NCBI GenBank assembly: GCA_040880145.1
Contig: JBBDIZ010000027.1
Location: 1-64,000, forward strand
Source of the DNA: Simkaniaceae bacterium
Lineage (GTDB): Bacteria > Chlamydiota > Chlamydiia > Chlamydiales > JAJFMI01
Direction of reading: 5' to 3'
DNA length: 64,000 bases
Shown here piece after piece: positions 18,928 to 30,718 of the stretch. Numbering within the stretch: position 1 is the stretch's first letter; each line of letters begins with the position of its first letter. The notes beneath the pieces are model-generated. The model searched no databases. It saw nothing but the letters and a program-made list of their open reading frames with translations, and was not told where the DNA came from. The translations under genes were made by a program, and so were the position numbers.

Positions 18928-19096
18928 AAGTGACTCCATTAAATATTTGAGCAAAGTTTTGTCTATTTACCCAAAACAGTCAATCAAAAAAATATTTTTT
19001 ATAATAAGGGCGAAACAGCCAATCGACAGCACGGCAAGAGACCTTCTCGCTCCCGCCTAATCCAGTTATTAATGTGCGTAATTTGTGGCTTTAAGA

Positions 19097-19123
19097 AAGG
19101 GAAGAGAGACTCTCTCTTCCCTT
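19097..19123 (-). terminator. Intrinsic terminator after gapA-grgA
   Basis: Perfect 12-bp stem AAGGGAAGAGAG/CTCTCTTCCCTT with 3-nt loop. Confidence 0.75.
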
Positions 19124-19152
19124 AGAATTTCTATAATACCGAAAAATGGACA

Positions 19153-19914
19153 CTAAAAGACGTCGTCGTCTTTGTCAGCTGCCTCTTCCGGAGCCATTAC
19201 AAGCCGTGGAGGGATAAGGGGTTCCGGGGCCTTTTCCTGAAAGGGAGGAAGCAGGGGTTGGTTCTTCTCTCTCTCCTCTGATAGCTCTTCAGGCGGCAAT
19301 TCAATTGACTTTGATGGCGGCGGAATCAAAACAGGCTCATTCTCTCCTATTTGGTCGGAAAGAAAATCTCTTTGAGGAATTTCTTCAGCCGGCTCTTTTT
19401 TAACCCTTTCTGAGATGAGTTTATCTGGAGGGGGGAGTAAAGTGGCCACCCTAGAAGATGAAACGCGAGTTTCATCTTCTAGGCCACCTCCTTCCCCTAC
19501 TCTATTGACCTCTTCTTCTCCATCTTTACTCTCATCCGGCATGGTTGAGGTCGGCTTTCTGCGTCTTGTCCGGCGCTTCTCCCGCTTCTCTTTTAAGGGA
19601 GCTTTTTCCTCTACCTCTTTAGGTGTCTTTGGCGCCTCCCTCCCACCTGCAATTTTTACAGATTTTTCAATGGCAACATTTTTAAGCACTACTTTGCTCT
19701 CTTTCGTCTCAATAACTTCAAAATCTGTTATCGGTAAAAGAAAAGCCTTTGGTCTCTCTAACGATCTAAAAAAAAGGGCGCTCCCAAAAGAAACAATTTC
19801 AAGAGCATCAACCGAATACTCCTCCTTTGCCCCTATTGAATTGCGGACCAATAATTTATACCCCTCTTTCGGCGTAATAATCGTTTCTATAATTGGTTCT
19901 CGTGTGAAATTCAC
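19153..19914 (-). CDS. grgA: Chlamydial transcription factor GrgA (CT504 family)
   Basis: FTREPIIETIITPKEGYKL, KIAGGREA, basic Lys/Arg patch, LLPPPDKLISE; directly downstream of gapA as in Chlamydia. Confidence 0.85.
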   Translation of the reverse strand: MNFTREPIIETIITPKEGYKLLVRNSIGAKEEYSVDALEIVSFGSALFFRSLERPKAFLLPITDFEVIETKESKVVLKNVAIEKSVKIAGGREAPKTPKEVEEKAPLKEKREKRRTRRRKPTSTMPDESKDGEEEVNRVGEGGGLEDETRVSSSRVATLLPPPDKLISERVKKEPAEEIPQRDFLSDQIGENEPVLIPPPSKSIELPPEELSEEREKNQPLLPPFQEKAPEPLIPPRLVMAPEEAADKDDDVF

Positions 19915-19932
19915 TGAATATCCTTTTTTCGT

Positions 19933-20988
<1,056 letters not shown>

Positions 20989-20994
20989 CTACTG

Positions 20995-21023
20995 AATATG
21001 AGAAAAAGGGAAATTCCTGGCAA
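20995..21023 (-). promoter_or_regulatory. Putative promoter of gapA-grgA
   Basis: Minus strand TTGCCA-17 nt-CATATT. Confidence 0.5.
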
Positions 21024-21044
21024 TCTTTTTTCAAAATAAAAATA

Positions 21045-21078
21045 AAGAAGAAAAAGAGAGCCGTATACGACTCTCTTT
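21045..21078 (-). terminator. Intrinsic terminator of the ribosomal protein/alpha operon
   Basis: Minus strand AAAGAGAG-TCGTATACGG-CTCTCTTT then a T-rich tail, just after the rplQ stop. Confidence 0.8.
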
Positions 21079-21090
21079 AATAACAAAATC

Positions 21091-21513
21091 CTAGACAAAC
21101 TCCAGAAGGCACTTTTCTGCATTATCGCCAATACGTGTATCAAGACGTATTATCCGAGTGTATCCACCTTGACGCTCCTTATATCGGGGCGCAATTTTAT
21201 CGAATAACTCTGTAATAACTAGACGATCCCCATTATAGGAAGTCTTGTCGCCTCCCTTTACCGCTCTCTTCTCTTTTGGAGTTAAGGCGTTTTGGGTAAT
21301 CATTAGCGCAGCAATTGCCCGACGTCTACTTGCTAAGTCTCCCTTTTTTCCAAGAGTCACCATTCGATCTGCGTAACGCTTCAAATGCTTGGCCTTTGCA
21401 ACAGTTGTCTCAATACGGCCATGTTCAATAAGCGCCTTTAGCATGTTCGCCACCATGCATCGGCGGTGGGAAGATGTTCGTCCTAATTTGAAAGTTAGCT
21501 TTCCATGTCTCAT
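21091..21513 (-). CDS. rplQ: 50S ribosomal protein L17 (with chlamydial-type insertion)
   Basis: MRHG..KLGRTSSHR, IETTVAKAK, GGYTRI. Confidence 0.97.
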   Translation of the reverse strand: MRHGKLTFKLGRTSSHRRCMVANMLKALIEHGRIETTVAKAKHLKRYADRMVTLGKKGDLASRRRAIAALMITQNALTPKEKRAVKGGDKTSYNGDRLVITELFDKIAPRYKERQGGYTRIIRLDTRIGDNAEKCLLEFV

Positions 21514-22607
21514 ATCTCTTTCCCTGCTCTTTCCTCTAAATATTTATCAACTATTTCTTTAACATTGTCCTTGTTGATTCCATAACGGCTCAAATCCATC
21601 CCAAGTCCAAGATTTAATTCATCAAGTTTAGCACGAATCTCATTTAAGGATTTCTTGCCAAAGTTTCTAAATTTCAACATATCGGTCTCCGGCATAATCA
21701 CAAGTTCTGCAATCGTATTGATGTTAGCTTGTGATAAGCAGTTAGTCGATCGTACAGAAAGCTCAATCTCGTCAATTCTAAGAGCAAGTTTTGCTAGAAG
21801 CTGATCGCGATCGGAGTTTTCTTCCTCTACTTCATGTTCAAAGGAGATCCGCTGAAATTGATCAGAATCAAAGCATTGAAAATGCAGTACGCCAAGTTGC
21901 GTTGCAAAAGTTAATGCCTCCTGAGGAGTAATTCGACCATCTGTTCGAATTTCAAAAACAAGACGATCAAAGTCTGTATCTTGACCAACGCGAGTATTCT
22001 CAACAAAGTAATTCACAAGCTTAACAGGAGAAAAAATCGAGTCGATCACAATTTCATCTACAACTTTATTCGGTATATCTTGCCGCTCTGATGGCAAATA
22101 ACCTCTTCCCTGAGAAATACGTAAATCAATACGTTTCTTCATGGGTTTCGTTACCGTAAAGATTTTATGATCTGAATTCACGACTTCAAATTCGCTCTCT
22201 TTCATCACTTCACCGAAAGTCACAATATGTTGTCCGGAACCTTTCTGGATCATTTCCTCCGTAACATCGAGATGGAAAATGTAGTGTTTTGGAGCTCTTG
22301 ATGAACCCTTTTCCTGTACAGGCTTGAGTCGAAGTAGACCTCCCTTAAAATTGAGAACGACATGAGTCATATCCTCAATAATTCCCTCCACAGCCATATA
22401 CTCATGAGGGACTCCCTCAATTTTTATCGAGCAAATCGCATAGGCTTCGAGAGATGTTAAGAGAATTCTTCTAAGGGCATTTCCTATGGTATGTCCATAA
22501 CCACGCTCGAAGGGCTCAGCAATAAATGTCGCAAGAGTCTCCGAATTATCCTTCTTTTCAACCTTAATCTTTGCTGGCAATTCAAACTTGCCATACTTGA
22601 CTGTCAT
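21510..22607 (-). CDS. rpoA: RNA polymerase alpha subunit
   Basis: EPFERGYGHTIGNALRR, LSVRSTNCL, NFGKKSLNEI. Confidence 0.98.
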   Translation of the reverse strand: MTVKYGKFELPAKIKVEKKDNSETLATFIAEPFERGYGHTIGNALRRILLTSLEAYAICSIKIEGVPHEYMAVEGIIEDMTHVVLNFKGGLLRLKPVQEKGSSRAPKHYIFHLDVTEEMIQKGSGQHIVTFGEVMKESEFEVVNSDHKIFTVTKPMKKRIDLRISQGRGYLPSERQDIPNKVVDEIVIDSIFSPVKLVNYFVENTRVGQDTDFDRLVFEIRTDGRITPQEALTFATQLGVLHFQCFDSDQFQRISFEHEVEEENSDRDQLLAKLALRIDEIELSVRSTNCLSQANINTIAELVIMPETDMLKFRNFGKKSLNEIRAKLDELNLGLGMDLSRYGINKDNVKEIVDKYLEERAGKEI

Positions 22608-22635
22608 AAACTTGTCTCCCTAAAAGAATATTTAA

Positions 22636-23034
22636 TTAGCATCTTCGGCGCTTTCTTGGTCTGCATCCGTTATGTGGAACGGGTGTCTTATCACGAATGA
22701 GATTGATATTCAGTCCGGCACTTTGCAGTCCCTTTACAGCTGATTCGCGTCCAGCTCCAGGGCCTTTTAGGTGAACTTCTACTTCCTTCAATCCATACTG
22801 CATTGCACTCTTAGCCGCATCTTGAGCCGCAATAGAAGCTGCAAAAGCTGATGATTTTCGAGAGCCGGAGAATTTTGCCTTCCCGGCTGACGCCCATGAT
22901 AAAACATTCCCAAGGGGATCTGTAATCGTTACGATCGTGTTATTGAAAGTCGCTCGTACGTGTGCCACACCACTTGGAACTGATTTTGATTGCTTTTTTC
23001 TTGTACGCGTTGTGCGTTTTTCTTGCTTAGCCAA
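22636..23034 (-). CDS. rpsK: 30S ribosomal protein S11
   Basis: [28 protein letters not shown] start. Confidence 0.98.
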   Translation of the reverse strand: MAKQEKRTTRTRKKQSKSVPSGVAHVRATFNNTIVTITDPLGNVLSWASAGKAKFSGSRKSSAFAASIAAQDAAKSAMQYGLKEVEVHLKGPGAGRESAVKGLQSAGLNINLIRDKTPVPHNGCRPRKRRRC

Positions 23035-23051
23035 AGCTCATACTCCTTGAA

Positions 23052-23426
23052 TTAACTGGCCTTTTTCTTGCCAGCGACAGTTTTCTTCTTTCCTTTTCGA
23101 GTGCGCGCGTTGCATCGAGTCCTTTGGCCACGAACAGGGAGCTTGCTACTGTGACGTTGACCCCGATAACATTTGATACTTTTTAATCGATCAATGTTTC
23201 CTCGTATTTCTCGACGCTTATCCCCTTCAACAACATACTCAGATTGAAGCATCTCATTAAGTTTAGAAATCTGCTCCTCTGTCAACTCCTTAGCATGAAT
23301 GTCAGGATTAAGCCCTAGCTTATCTGTAATTTCTACAGCGATCTTACGTCCAACTCCGTAAATATAAGTCAAACTAATGACAAGTCTTTTTTTGTCTGGA
23401 ATATCTATTCCTATCACTCTTGGCAT
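23052..23426 (-). CDS. rpsM: 30S ribosomal protein S13
   Basis: LTYIYGVG, LPVRGQRT..NARTRKG. Confidence 0.98.
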   Translation of the reverse strand: MPRVIGIDIPDKKRLVISLTYIYGVGRKIAVEITDKLGLNPDIHAKELTEEQISKLNEMLQSEYVVEGDKRREIRGNIDRLKSIKCYRGQRHSSKLPVRGQRTRCNARTRKGKKKTVAGKKKAS

Positions 23427-23462
23427 TGTAAAATTCCTTAAAAATATAAATTCTCGTTTAGC

Positions 23463-23491
23463 AGTATATCATCTTACTTGTTTGAAATCAA
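23463..23491 (-). promoter_or_regulatory. Internal promoter for rpsM-rpsK-rpoA-rplQ
   Basis: Minus strand TTGATT-17 nt-TATACT with extended TG. Confidence 0.6.
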
Positions 23492-23493
23492 GC

Positions 23494-24873
23494 TTAACGA
23501 AGGAGGGCTCTTTTGGTCTTGCCTTTCTTCATAAAGCCGTCATAACGTTTCATCATAAGATGAGATTCTATCTGTTTTGTAGTATCAATAACGACCCCAA
23601 CTAAAATTAAAAGAGAGGTCCCTCCAAAAAAATAACTTATAGAAGCATCTATCCCTAAAAGTCGCCCGATCAACGTTGGAAGAACAGCAATTAGAGCTAG
23701 AAAAAGGGCTCCAACAAGTGTAATACGGTTCATCGTAGCTTCCAAAAATTCCTGGGTTGGCTTTCCTTGCCGAATGCCCGGAATGAATGCTCCATTTTTT
23801 TTCATGTCACTTGCAATTTGCTCAGGATGAAACTGCGTCGATGTCCAGAAGTAGGTGAAAAATATGATAAGAGAGACATAAACTAGTGTGTAAACCCAAT
23901 TTCCGGGCGACAACATTTCAGCAACACGTCCCAATGCATTCCCTCGTCCCAAAAATTGGGCTAGCGTAGCTGGAAACATCAATAATGCACTTGCAAATAT
24001 GACTGGAATGACTCCCGCATAATTGACTTTTAAAGGAATATGGGCCGACCCTCCTTGTACCTCATGCCTTCCAACCACTCGACGTGCATATTGCAAAGGA
24101 ATTTTTCGAACCCCTTGAATAATCAATATGGTTCCAACAACAATGGTAACAAAAACGCCCGAGAGTACCACAAGTGATGAAAAGGTTAATTGTCCGGCTT
24201 CTTGGGAATCTAAATTTAATCCTCGAATAATGCTTCCAAGAGTTCTTGGAAGAGCTGAAATAATTCCGAGCATAATAATCAAAGAAATCCCATTCCCTAT
24301 TCCCTTTTCTGTAATCTGTTCACCGATCCACATCAAACATAGGGTGCCGGCTGTCATGGTCATCATCACAACGGCATAAAACATCCATGGGAAGCCAAAA
24401 AAAGTGACGTCCAGAAGCTCTGGAAGTATAATTCCGGGATGGGTGTTATTTAAACCCAACGCATAACGGGCATAAACGGCCGACTGGAAAAGGGCAAGCC
24501 CAAGAGTAATGATACGAATCATTTTGCCCATTTTCTTTTTTGCCATCTCTCCATTCTCACGCATCTCTCTTTGCATCGAGGGACTAATCGCCATGAGAAC
24601 CTGTGTGATAATCGATGCGGAGATATAGGGCATAATCCCAAGGGCAATAATAGTCATTTGAGCAAAGGCTCCGCCTGAAAAAATATCAACAAGTTGGAAA
24701 AGGTTTTGCCCCCCTCCAATAGATTGCTTAAAAATTTTCACCACTTCTTCACCGTTAATGCCCGGAACAGGAACATAGGTTCCAATTCGACAGATCAGCA
24801 ACATCAGAAGTGTAAAGCGAATTTTTTCCTTCAGCTCAGGAATGGCAACTATATTCCGCAACGATTGTATCAT
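23494..24873 (-). CDS. secY: Preprotein translocase SecY
   Basis: [43 protein letters not shown]. Confidence 0.98.
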   Translation of the reverse strand: MIQSLRNIVAIPELKEKIRFTLLMLLICRIGTYVPVPGINGEEVVKIFKQSIGGGQNLFQLVDIFSGGAFAQMTIIALGIMPYISASIITQVLMAISPSMQREMRENGEMAKKKMGKMIRIITLGLALFQSAVYARYALGLNNTHPGIILPELLDVTFFGFPWMFYAVVMMTMTAGTLCLMWIGEQITEKGIGNGISLIIMLGIISALPRTLGSIIRGLNLDSQEAGQLTFSSLVVLSGVFVTIVVGTILIIQGVRKIPLQYARRVVGRHEVQGGSAHIPLKVNYAGVIPVIFASALLMFPATLAQFLGRGNALGRVAEMLSPGNWVYTLVYVSLIIFFTYFWTSTQFHPEQIASDMKKNGAFIPGIRQGKPTQEFLEATMNRITLVGALFLALIAVLPTLIGRLLGIDASISYFFGGTSLLILVGVVIDTTKQIESHLMMKRYDGFMKKGKTKRALLR

Positions 24874-24885
24874 TTGGTCCTCAAA

Positions 24886-25335
24886 TTAGAGCGTTTTAAA
24901 TTCGATCGAAGATCCTTCAAGCTTCTTGATAGCTCCGGCAGTAAAGTGGTCAGCTTCAATGACAACTTTCTTCTTAAGCTCTCCATTGGCTAAAATTCTA
25001 AGCCCTCCTAAAACAACTCTAGGAGCAATTCCCTTTTCTTGAAGAGTAAGAAGGTTCACTTTCTCACCGTCTTCGAACAGTTCTTCTATCCGATCTAAAG
25101 TGATAGCAAAACTTGTCTTTTTAAAGCGACCATTTGTGAATCCGCGAGTCGGAATTTTTTTGAAAAGCGGGACTTGCCCCCCTTCCTTACCATAACGTCT
25201 CTTGTATCCAGAGCGTGATTTATCGCCCTTGACTCCACGACCACATGTCTTTCCTTTCTTACATCCAGGACCACGCCCTACTCGTTTATAAGACTTCTTA
25301 GCGCCCTTGACATTTCTTAAATTCGATAGATCCAT
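24886..25335 (-). CDS. rplO: 50S ribosomal protein L15
   Basis: RVGRGPG..GKTCGRG.KG, EGGQVPL. Confidence 0.97.
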   Translation of the reverse strand: MDLSNLRNVKGAKKSYKRVGRGPGCKKGKTCGRGVKGDKSRSGYKRRYGKEGGQVPLFKKIPTRGFTNGRFKKTSFAITLDRIEELFEDGEKVNLLTLQEKGIAPRVVLGGLRILANGELKKKVVIEADHFTAGAIKKLEGSSIEFKTL

Positions 25336-25339
25336 ATTG

Positions 25340-25843
25340 TTATACTCCTCTTGCCGCTAAAATCTCTTCTCTATTTTTAAGCTGGCACAAACCTTTTACA
25401 GTTGCGCGTACAAGGTTAATTGGATTGTTTGAGCCTAAACTTTTGGCTACAACATCCTTAACCCCTCCAAGCTCAAGAACAGAACGTACTTTAGAGCCTG
25501 CAATGACTCCTGTACCTTCAGCTGCAGGCTTAAGAAGAACCTTAGCTCCATCCCACTCAATTAGAATATCGTGAGGAATTGTCGTTCCTTCCATTGCAAA
25601 TTCAACGACATTTTTTTTAGCAAGTTGGCTTCCTTTTTTGATCGCATCAGAAACTTCATTCGCTTTAGCGAAACCCACTCCGACTCGACCCTTCTTGTCC
25701 CCGACGAGAATAAGAGCTGAAAAGCTAAACTTTCGTCCTCCTTTGACCACCTTTGAACAGCGATTGATAAAAAGGACTTTCTCCTCAAATTCACTTTCAG
25801 CCTGTTCGTTTTTCCTGACACCTCTTTTTGCTGCCATGATCAA
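25340..25843 (-). CDS. rpsE: 30S ribosomal protein S5
   Basis: [21 protein letters not shown]; start may be 25837. Confidence 0.97.
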   Translation of the reverse strand: MIMAAKRGVRKNEQAESEFEEKVLFINRCSKVVKGGRKFSFSALILVGDKKGRVGVGFAKANEVSDAIKKGSQLAKKNVVEFAMEGTTIPHDILIEWDGAKVLLKPAAEGTGVIAGSKVRSVLELGGVKDVVAKSLGSNNPINLVRATVKGLCQLKNREEILAARGV

Positions 25844-25850
25844 TTATCCT

Positions 25851-26222
25851 TTAAAATTTTAGCCCAGCGCTTCGAGCTCCTTCAGCAAGCTCAGCGATGA
25901 TCCCATGATATTTATAGGGTCCGCGATCGAAAACTACGAACTCAATTTGCTTTTCAATGGCAAGTTTTGCCAATTTTTCACCGATTGCTCTCGCACTTGT
26001 CTTCGTTTTTTTTCCCTGCTCAGTGTTTTTAATATCCTTGCAGAGGGTCCCATAGCTAACGAGTGTTTTTTGCTCTTCATCATCAATGATTTGAGCAGAA
26101 ATATTACAATTTGTTCGATATACAGATAGTCGAGGTCTTATTGAAGTTCCTCTTACATGTTTTCGAACGCGCATTTTGCGTTTTTTTCTGACATTAGTTG
26201 TCTTTGAACTCTGATTATACAT
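25851..26222 (-). CDS. rplR: 50S ribosomal protein L18
   Basis: RPRLSVYR, FDRGPYKYHG, GLKF. Confidence 0.97.
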   Translation of the reverse strand: MYNQSSKTTNVRKKRKMRVRKHVRGTSIRPRLSVYRTNCNISAQIIDDEEQKTLVSYGTLCKDIKNTEQGKKTKTSARAIGEKLAKLAIEKQIEFVVFDRGPYKYHGIIAELAEGARSAGLKF

Positions 26223-26224
26223 AA

Positions 26225-26764
26225 TTACTTACCTTTTGCCGCCTTACCAGCTTTCTTACGAACGTACTCATCTTTATAGCGAACTCCTTTTCCTTTATAG
26301 GGCTCAGGAGGTCTGAGTGCTCGCACAGTAGCTGCAAATTGACCTACTTTTTGCTTATCGATACCGCTAATTATGATGCTTGTATTCTTTTCAACCTTGA
26401 CATCGAGATCCCTAGGGATCTCAATTACATTAGAATGAGAGAATCCAAGTTGAAGATCCAAAACCTGCCCCTTAATTTGAGCTCTAAAACCGACACCAAT
26501 TAAGGTCAATTCCTTAGAAAACTCAGATGAAACACCAAGAATCGCATTATTAATCAACGAGCGATAAAGTCCATGCATGGGGCCCTTAAGAAGCTTATTA
26601 TCGATTGAGACCAAAACCCGCCCTTCTTCAACAGCGAGTATCACTCCTTCCGGCACTGGAATATTCAGTGTCCCCTTTGGGCCTTTGACATTGACTTGTT
26701 TGTTATCAAGTTTTACTTCTACGCCTTTGGGTAATTCAATGGGAGCATTTCCTAAACGTGACAT
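26225..26764 (-). CDS. rplF: 50S ribosomal protein L6
   Basis: MSRLG, GVGFRA, PEPYKGKG. Confidence 0.98.
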   Translation of the reverse strand: MSRLGNAPIELPKGVEVKLDNKQVNVKGPKGTLNIPVPEGVILAVEEGRVLVSIDNKLLKGPMHGLYRSLINNAILGVSSEFSKELTLIGVGFRAQIKGQVLDLQLGFSHSNVIEIPRDLDVKVEKNTSIIISGIDKQKVGQFAATVRALRPPEPYKGKGVRYKDEYVRKKAGKAAKGK

Positions 26765-26782
26765 AATTTCTTTTCTCCTAAC

Positions 26783-27175
26783 TTACCAAACGAGGCATAG
26801 CAATTCGCCGCCGACTCGTTCTTTCTTCGCAGTTTTACCAGAAAGCACCCCTTTAGAAGTGGACACAATCGCTGTGCCCATACCACCTAAGACTCGTGGA
26901 ATCTCTTGATTTGGGATATATTTTCTGACGCTTGGTTTTGAAACACGTTTTAAGTCGTGAATCACCGACTCTCTGTTTTTATTGTACTTCAAAAAAATCC
27001 GAATCACTCGTTTCTCTTCATTAACTAGAAAATGAGTAATAAAACCCTCTTCTCCTAGAATTTTCGTAATAGCGAGTTTCATCTTGCTAAAGTGAACTTC
27101 AACATAACGATGCTTGGCTCTTTTTGCATTGCGGATTCTTGTTAAATAGTCTGCAATTGGATCGCTTAGTGTCAT
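26783..27175 (-). CDS. rpsH: 30S ribosomal protein S8
   Basis: DPIADYLTRIRNA, STSKG, GGELLC. Confidence 0.98.
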   Translation of the reverse strand: MTLSDPIADYLTRIRNAKRAKHRYVEVHFSKMKLAITKILGEEGFITHFLVNEEKRVIRIFLKYNKNRESVIHDLKRVSKPSVRKYIPNQEIPRVLGGMGTAIVSTSKGVLSGKTAKKERVGGELLCLVW

Positions 27176-27190
27176 CTCATAAACTCCATC

Positions 27191-27739
27191 TTATTTTCCT
27201 CTTTTATAGGGCATTCCGAGACCCTTTAATAGTGCATGACACTCTTCGTCATTTCTTGCAGATGTTACAAAAGTAATGTTCATGCCTTGAGTTTTAACGA
27301 CATCGTCTAAATTTAATTCAGGAAACATCTGTTGATCATTGATCCCCAGTGTGTAACTGCCCTGTCCGTCTCCTTTCGTGTTAAAACCACGAAAATCTCG
27401 AATGCGCGGGCTCACTATGTTCGTAAATCTGTCGAAAAAATCATACATGCGCTTGCCTCGAAGCGTCACTTTGTACCCAACTGTCTGCCCTTCTCTTAAC
27501 TTAAAGTTAGAGATTGATTTTTTCGCCTTTGTTTCAATAGGCATTTGCCCAGAAAGAAGCGTGAGCTCCTTCTTGACTTGCTGCAGTGCATTTTTATCCT
27601 TGGAAGCTTCTGCAAGCCCCATGGAAATAATGATCTTCTTTAACTCAGGAATCAGCATCGGATTAGCAAATTTAAATTGCTCAAGCAAACTCTTTTTGAC
27701 TTCATCCTGGTAGCGTTTTTTTAATCGAGATTGTTCCAT
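27191..27739 (-). CDS. rplE: 50S ribosomal protein L5
   Basis: [20 protein letters not shown]. Confidence 0.98.
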   Translation of the reverse strand: MEQSRLKKRYQDEVKKSLLEQFKFANPMLIPELKKIIISMGLAEASKDKNALQQVKKELTLLSGQMPIETKAKKSISNFKLREGQTVGYKVTLRGKRMYDFFDRFTNIVSPRIRDFRGFNTKGDGQGSYTLGINDQQMFPELNLDDVVKTQGMNITFVTSARNDEECHALLKGLGMPYKRGK

Positions 27740-27750
27740 TATAAACGTAT

Positions 27751-28074
27751 CTATTTAATAATTCTAAAAGTAACTTCTTTTCCATCGCGAAGAAAGTAAA
27801 GTTCCTTTTTACCTTCTCCGTTAACCTTCACCCTAGGGCGAAAGGCCTTTTCATTATCGTCACAAAGAGAAACATTTGAGATGTGAATAGGCATCTCCAT
27901 TTCGACAATTTCTGCTTTTGTTTCTTTCTGCTGACGTCGTAAATGCTTTTTTCGAATGTTTATCCCTTGAACAACAACTCTGGATCCTCGTTTAGCAAGA
28001 ACGCGACCACTCTTTCCTTTGTCATTCCCAGTAATAATCACAACTTTATCTTCTTTTTTTATCCACTTCGACAT
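27751..28074 (-). CDS. rplX: 50S ribosomal protein L24
   Basis: KOW motif [17 protein letters not shown]. Confidence 0.97.
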   Translation of the reverse strand: MSKWIKKEDKVVIITGNDKGKSGRVLAKRGSRVVVQGINIRKKHLRRQQKETKAEIVEMEMPIHISNVSLCDDNEKAFRPRVKVNGEGKKELYFLRDGKEVTFRIIK

Positions 28075-28083
28075 AATAATAAC

Positions 28084-28452
28084 CTATATAACCTCAGGAG
28101 CGAGTGATGTGATTTTAATGAACCCGCTATCACGAACTTCACGAGCAATAGGACCGAAAATGCGTGTGCCCTTAGGGTTGAGTTTTTCATCGATGATAAC
28201 ACCGCTGTTATCGTAAAATTTTAACTCAGAACCATCTTTGCGTTTGATTGTACTTTTAGTACGAACAACCACAACTTTTACAACATCGCCCTTCTTAACG
28301 CTCGCTTTGGGTTCTGAATCCTTTACAGAACAAACAATGACATCCCCAACGCGTGCATAACGTCTTCTAGAACCTTTAAGGACCTTGATGCATCTCACAC
28401 GTTTTGCACCGGTGTTGTCTGCTACTTCTAGGTCTGTTTCTTCTTGAATCAT
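28084..28452 (-). CDS. rplN: 50S ribosomal protein L14
   Basis: [22 protein letters not shown]. Confidence 0.98.
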   Translation of the reverse strand: MIQEETDLEVADNTGAKRVRCIKVLKGSRRRYARVGDVIVCSVKDSEPKASVKKGDVVKVVVVRTKSTIKRKDGSELKFYDNSGVIIDEKLNPKGTRIFGPIAREVRDSGFIKITSLAPEVI

Positions 28453-28512
28453 GACTTAAGCTCACTTCCATAACCCATATCTCTTTACATAAGAGGTGGG
28501 TCGATTTTTAAT

Positions 28513-28773
28513 TTATGAATCTTTTTTTAGGTCTTCGACCACTCTCCAGCACTTTGTCTTCGATAGGGGGCGTGTTTCTCGAATTCGGACGGTATCCCCT
28601 ACTTCTAACTTTTTCTCACCCTCGTAATGGGCATAATACTTCTTACTTCTCTTCACAACTTTGCCATAAAGAGGATGAGGCAGCTTTCGCTCGACCTTAA
28701 CGGTCACTGTTTTATCCATCTTATTGGAGATCACAGTTCCGATTTTTTCAATACGTTGACCTCGGGTATCCAT
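28513..28773 (-). CDS. rpsQ: 30S ribosomal protein S17
   Basis: [23 protein letters not shown]; start ATG 28773 after GGAG. Confidence 0.97.
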   Translation of the reverse strand: MDTRGQRIEKIGTVISNKMDKTVTVKVERKLPHPLYGKVVKRSKKYYAHYEGEKKLEVGDTVRIRETRPLSKTKCWRVVEDLKKDS

Positions 28774-28789
28774 TCGTATCTCCTTTTCC

Positions 28790-28993
28790 TTATTGAGCTG
28801 CATTCTTTTTTGCACTGAGTGCGGTAAGTATGCGTGCTTTATTCCTTCTGTTTTCCTTTATGAGATGCGGTTTGTCTACTTTTCGCTCGATTCCGAGACG
28901 ATTTCTCAGCGTAAACAGTTCCCTCTCTAAATCGTTTAAAAGATTCGAAAGGTCCTCTTCATTTTGATTGGCTAAATCGCTATATTTCATCAT
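28790..28993 (-). CDS. rpmC: 50S ribosomal protein L29
   Basis: ELFTLR, ARILT; lies between rplP and rpsQ. Confidence 0.92.
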   Translation of the reverse strand: MMKYSDLANQNEEDLSNLLNDLERELFTLRNRLGIERKVDKPHLIKENRRNKARILTALSAKKNAAQ

Positions 28994-29004
28994 TTTTTTG
29001 GCCT

Positions 29005-29424
29005 CTATATTCTTTCAATACGATCTACAAAACGTGTTTTGATAGGTAATTTTGCAGCAGCACGGACTAAGGCCTGCTGAGCATCCTCACGGCTAACATT
29101 TGCAACTTCAAAAAGAACCCGGCCCGGCTTTACAACAGCAACCCAGTGATCCGGAGGTCCCTTCCCTTTACCCATTCTCGTCTCAGCAGGTTTTTTAGAA
29201 ACCGGCTTGTGAGGGAAAATCTTAATCCAGACCTTGCCCTTACGACTAAAATAACGTGTGATTGCAACACGGCATGCTTCAATTTGCTGAGCGGTGATGC
29301 GCCCTCTATCTAGGGCTTGAATACCGAAATCACCAAATTCTACAAATTGTCCCGCTTGTGAAAGTCCTCGTTGACTCCCTTTTTGTTGTTTACGGTATTT
29401 AACTCTTGATGGAATTTTCGTCAT
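29005..29424 (-). CDS. rplP: 50S ribosomal protein L16
   Basis: [18 protein letters not shown]. Confidence 0.98.
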   Translation of the reverse strand: MTKIPSRVKYRKQQKGSQRGLSQAGQFVEFGDFGIQALDRGRITAQQIEACRVAITRYFSRKGKVWIKIFPHKPVSKKPAETRMGKGKGPPDHWVAVVKPGRVLFEVANVSREDAQQALVRAAAKLPIKTRFVDRIERI

Positions 29425-29435
29425 CGATATGCCCC

Positions 29436-30080
29436 TTAGCTTGCTTTTTTCTGCGAATATGCATCGCCTTTATTAATCCAAACCTTAATGCCAATAGAGC
29501 CGTAGGTCGTTTCAGCGCGTGCTGTAGCGTAATCTATGTTAGTTCGAAGAGTATGTAAGGGTATGCGTCCATCCTTATACCATTCTGTACGAGCAATTTC
29601 GGCCCCGCCGACACGACCGGAGATCTGGACTTTAATCCCAGCGGCTCCTGCATCCATACCGGACTGAATTGCTTTTTTAAGAACGCGGCGATAAGGCATC
29701 CGTCTTTCAATTTGACGGCCAATCCCTTCCGCAACAAGTTTAGCATCCATATCCGGCCGCTTAACCTCTTGCACCTCAATCCATACCTCTTTGCCGGTGA
29801 GCTTACTCAAATCTTTTTTGAGAAGATCGATTTCAACGCCCTTCTTCCCAATGACAAGCCCAGGTCTTGCTGTATGTATCGTAACCTCAACTTTACCACT
29901 CATTCGTTTGATGATAAATTTTGAGGAACCAACACAGGCTGATCTACTCGATAAAAATTTGCGGATATTGAAATCCTCTAAAATCAGACCACCAAACTCT
30001 TGGCTATTGGCAAACCATACAGAACGCCAATCTTTATTATTCTTTAATCTAAACCCGATAGGGGATGTTTTTTGACCCAT
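29436..30080 (-). CDS. rpsC: 30S ribosomal protein S3
   Basis: [28 protein letters not shown]. Confidence 0.98.
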   Translation of the reverse strand: MGQKTSPIGFRLKNNKDWRSVWFANSQEFGGLILEDFNIRKFLSSRSACVGSSKFIIKRMSGKVEVTIHTARPGLVIGKKGVEIDLLKKDLSKLTGKEVWIEVQEVKRPDMDAKLVAEGIGRQIERRMPYRRVLKKAIQSGMDAGAAGIKVQISGRVGGAEIARTEWYKDGRIPLHTLRTNIDYATARAETTYGSIGIKVWINKGDAYSQKKAS

Positions 30081-30081
30081 G

Positions 30082-30432
30082 TTATTTCTCTACTCTCCCT
30101 TTGTCAGAAACTAGAACAGTAATGTGACTGGTCCGTTTTAAAATTGGCACGCGTCCTCCACGACACTTTGATTTTGCACGCTTTAGGTGAGGACCTCCAT
30201 CAATTCTCACTTCAGAAACTGTGAGGTCTTGGCGATCTATCCCTAGCTGTGTTTCCGCATTGGCGACAGCGCTATCTAAAGTTTTTTGGAGCAAACGTCC
30301 AGCTTTTAAATTTGAAAACTTGAGTTGCTCTGTTGCCTCTACAACGCCTTTACCACGAATGAGACCGGCGGCGAGTCGTGCCTTTCTTGGGCTAATTCGA
30401 ACATATTTGCTTTTTGCTATTGCCTCTTTCAT
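30082..30432 (-). CDS. rplV: 50S ribosomal protein L22
   Basis: [22 protein letters not shown]. Confidence 0.98.
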   Translation of the reverse strand: MKEAIAKSKYVRISPRKARLAAGLIRGKGVVEATEQLKFSNLKAGRLLQKTLDSAVANAETQLGIDRQDLTVSEVRIDGGPHLKRAKSKCRGGRVPILKRTSHITVLVSDKGRVEK

Positions 30433-30441
30433 GATGCTTCC

Positions 30442-30708
30442 TTACTTTTTCTGAGTATGGCCTTTAAATAGGCGTGTGGGTGCAAATTCTCCAACTCGAT
30501 GTCCTACCATGTTCTCAGAGACATAAACTGTGATAAACTTATGTCCGTTGTGAACCTCAAAAGTTAGCCCAATCATATCAGGCACAATCATGGACCGACG
30601 AGACCACGTCTTGATGGGTTTTCTTGAATCTCCGGAATCTTTTTGACGGATTACCTTTTGCATAAGGTGATGATCGACAAAAGGACCTTTTCTTAAGGAT
30701 CTAGCCAT
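30442..30708 (-). CDS. rpsS: 30S ribosomal protein S19
   Basis: [24 protein letters not shown]. Confidence 0.98.
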   Translation of the reverse strand: MARSLRKGPFVDHHLMQKVIRQKDSGDSRKPIKTWSRRSMIVPDMIGLTFEVHNGHKFITVYVSENMVGHRVGEFAPTRLFKGHTQKK

Positions 30709-30718
30709 AATCTTTTAC

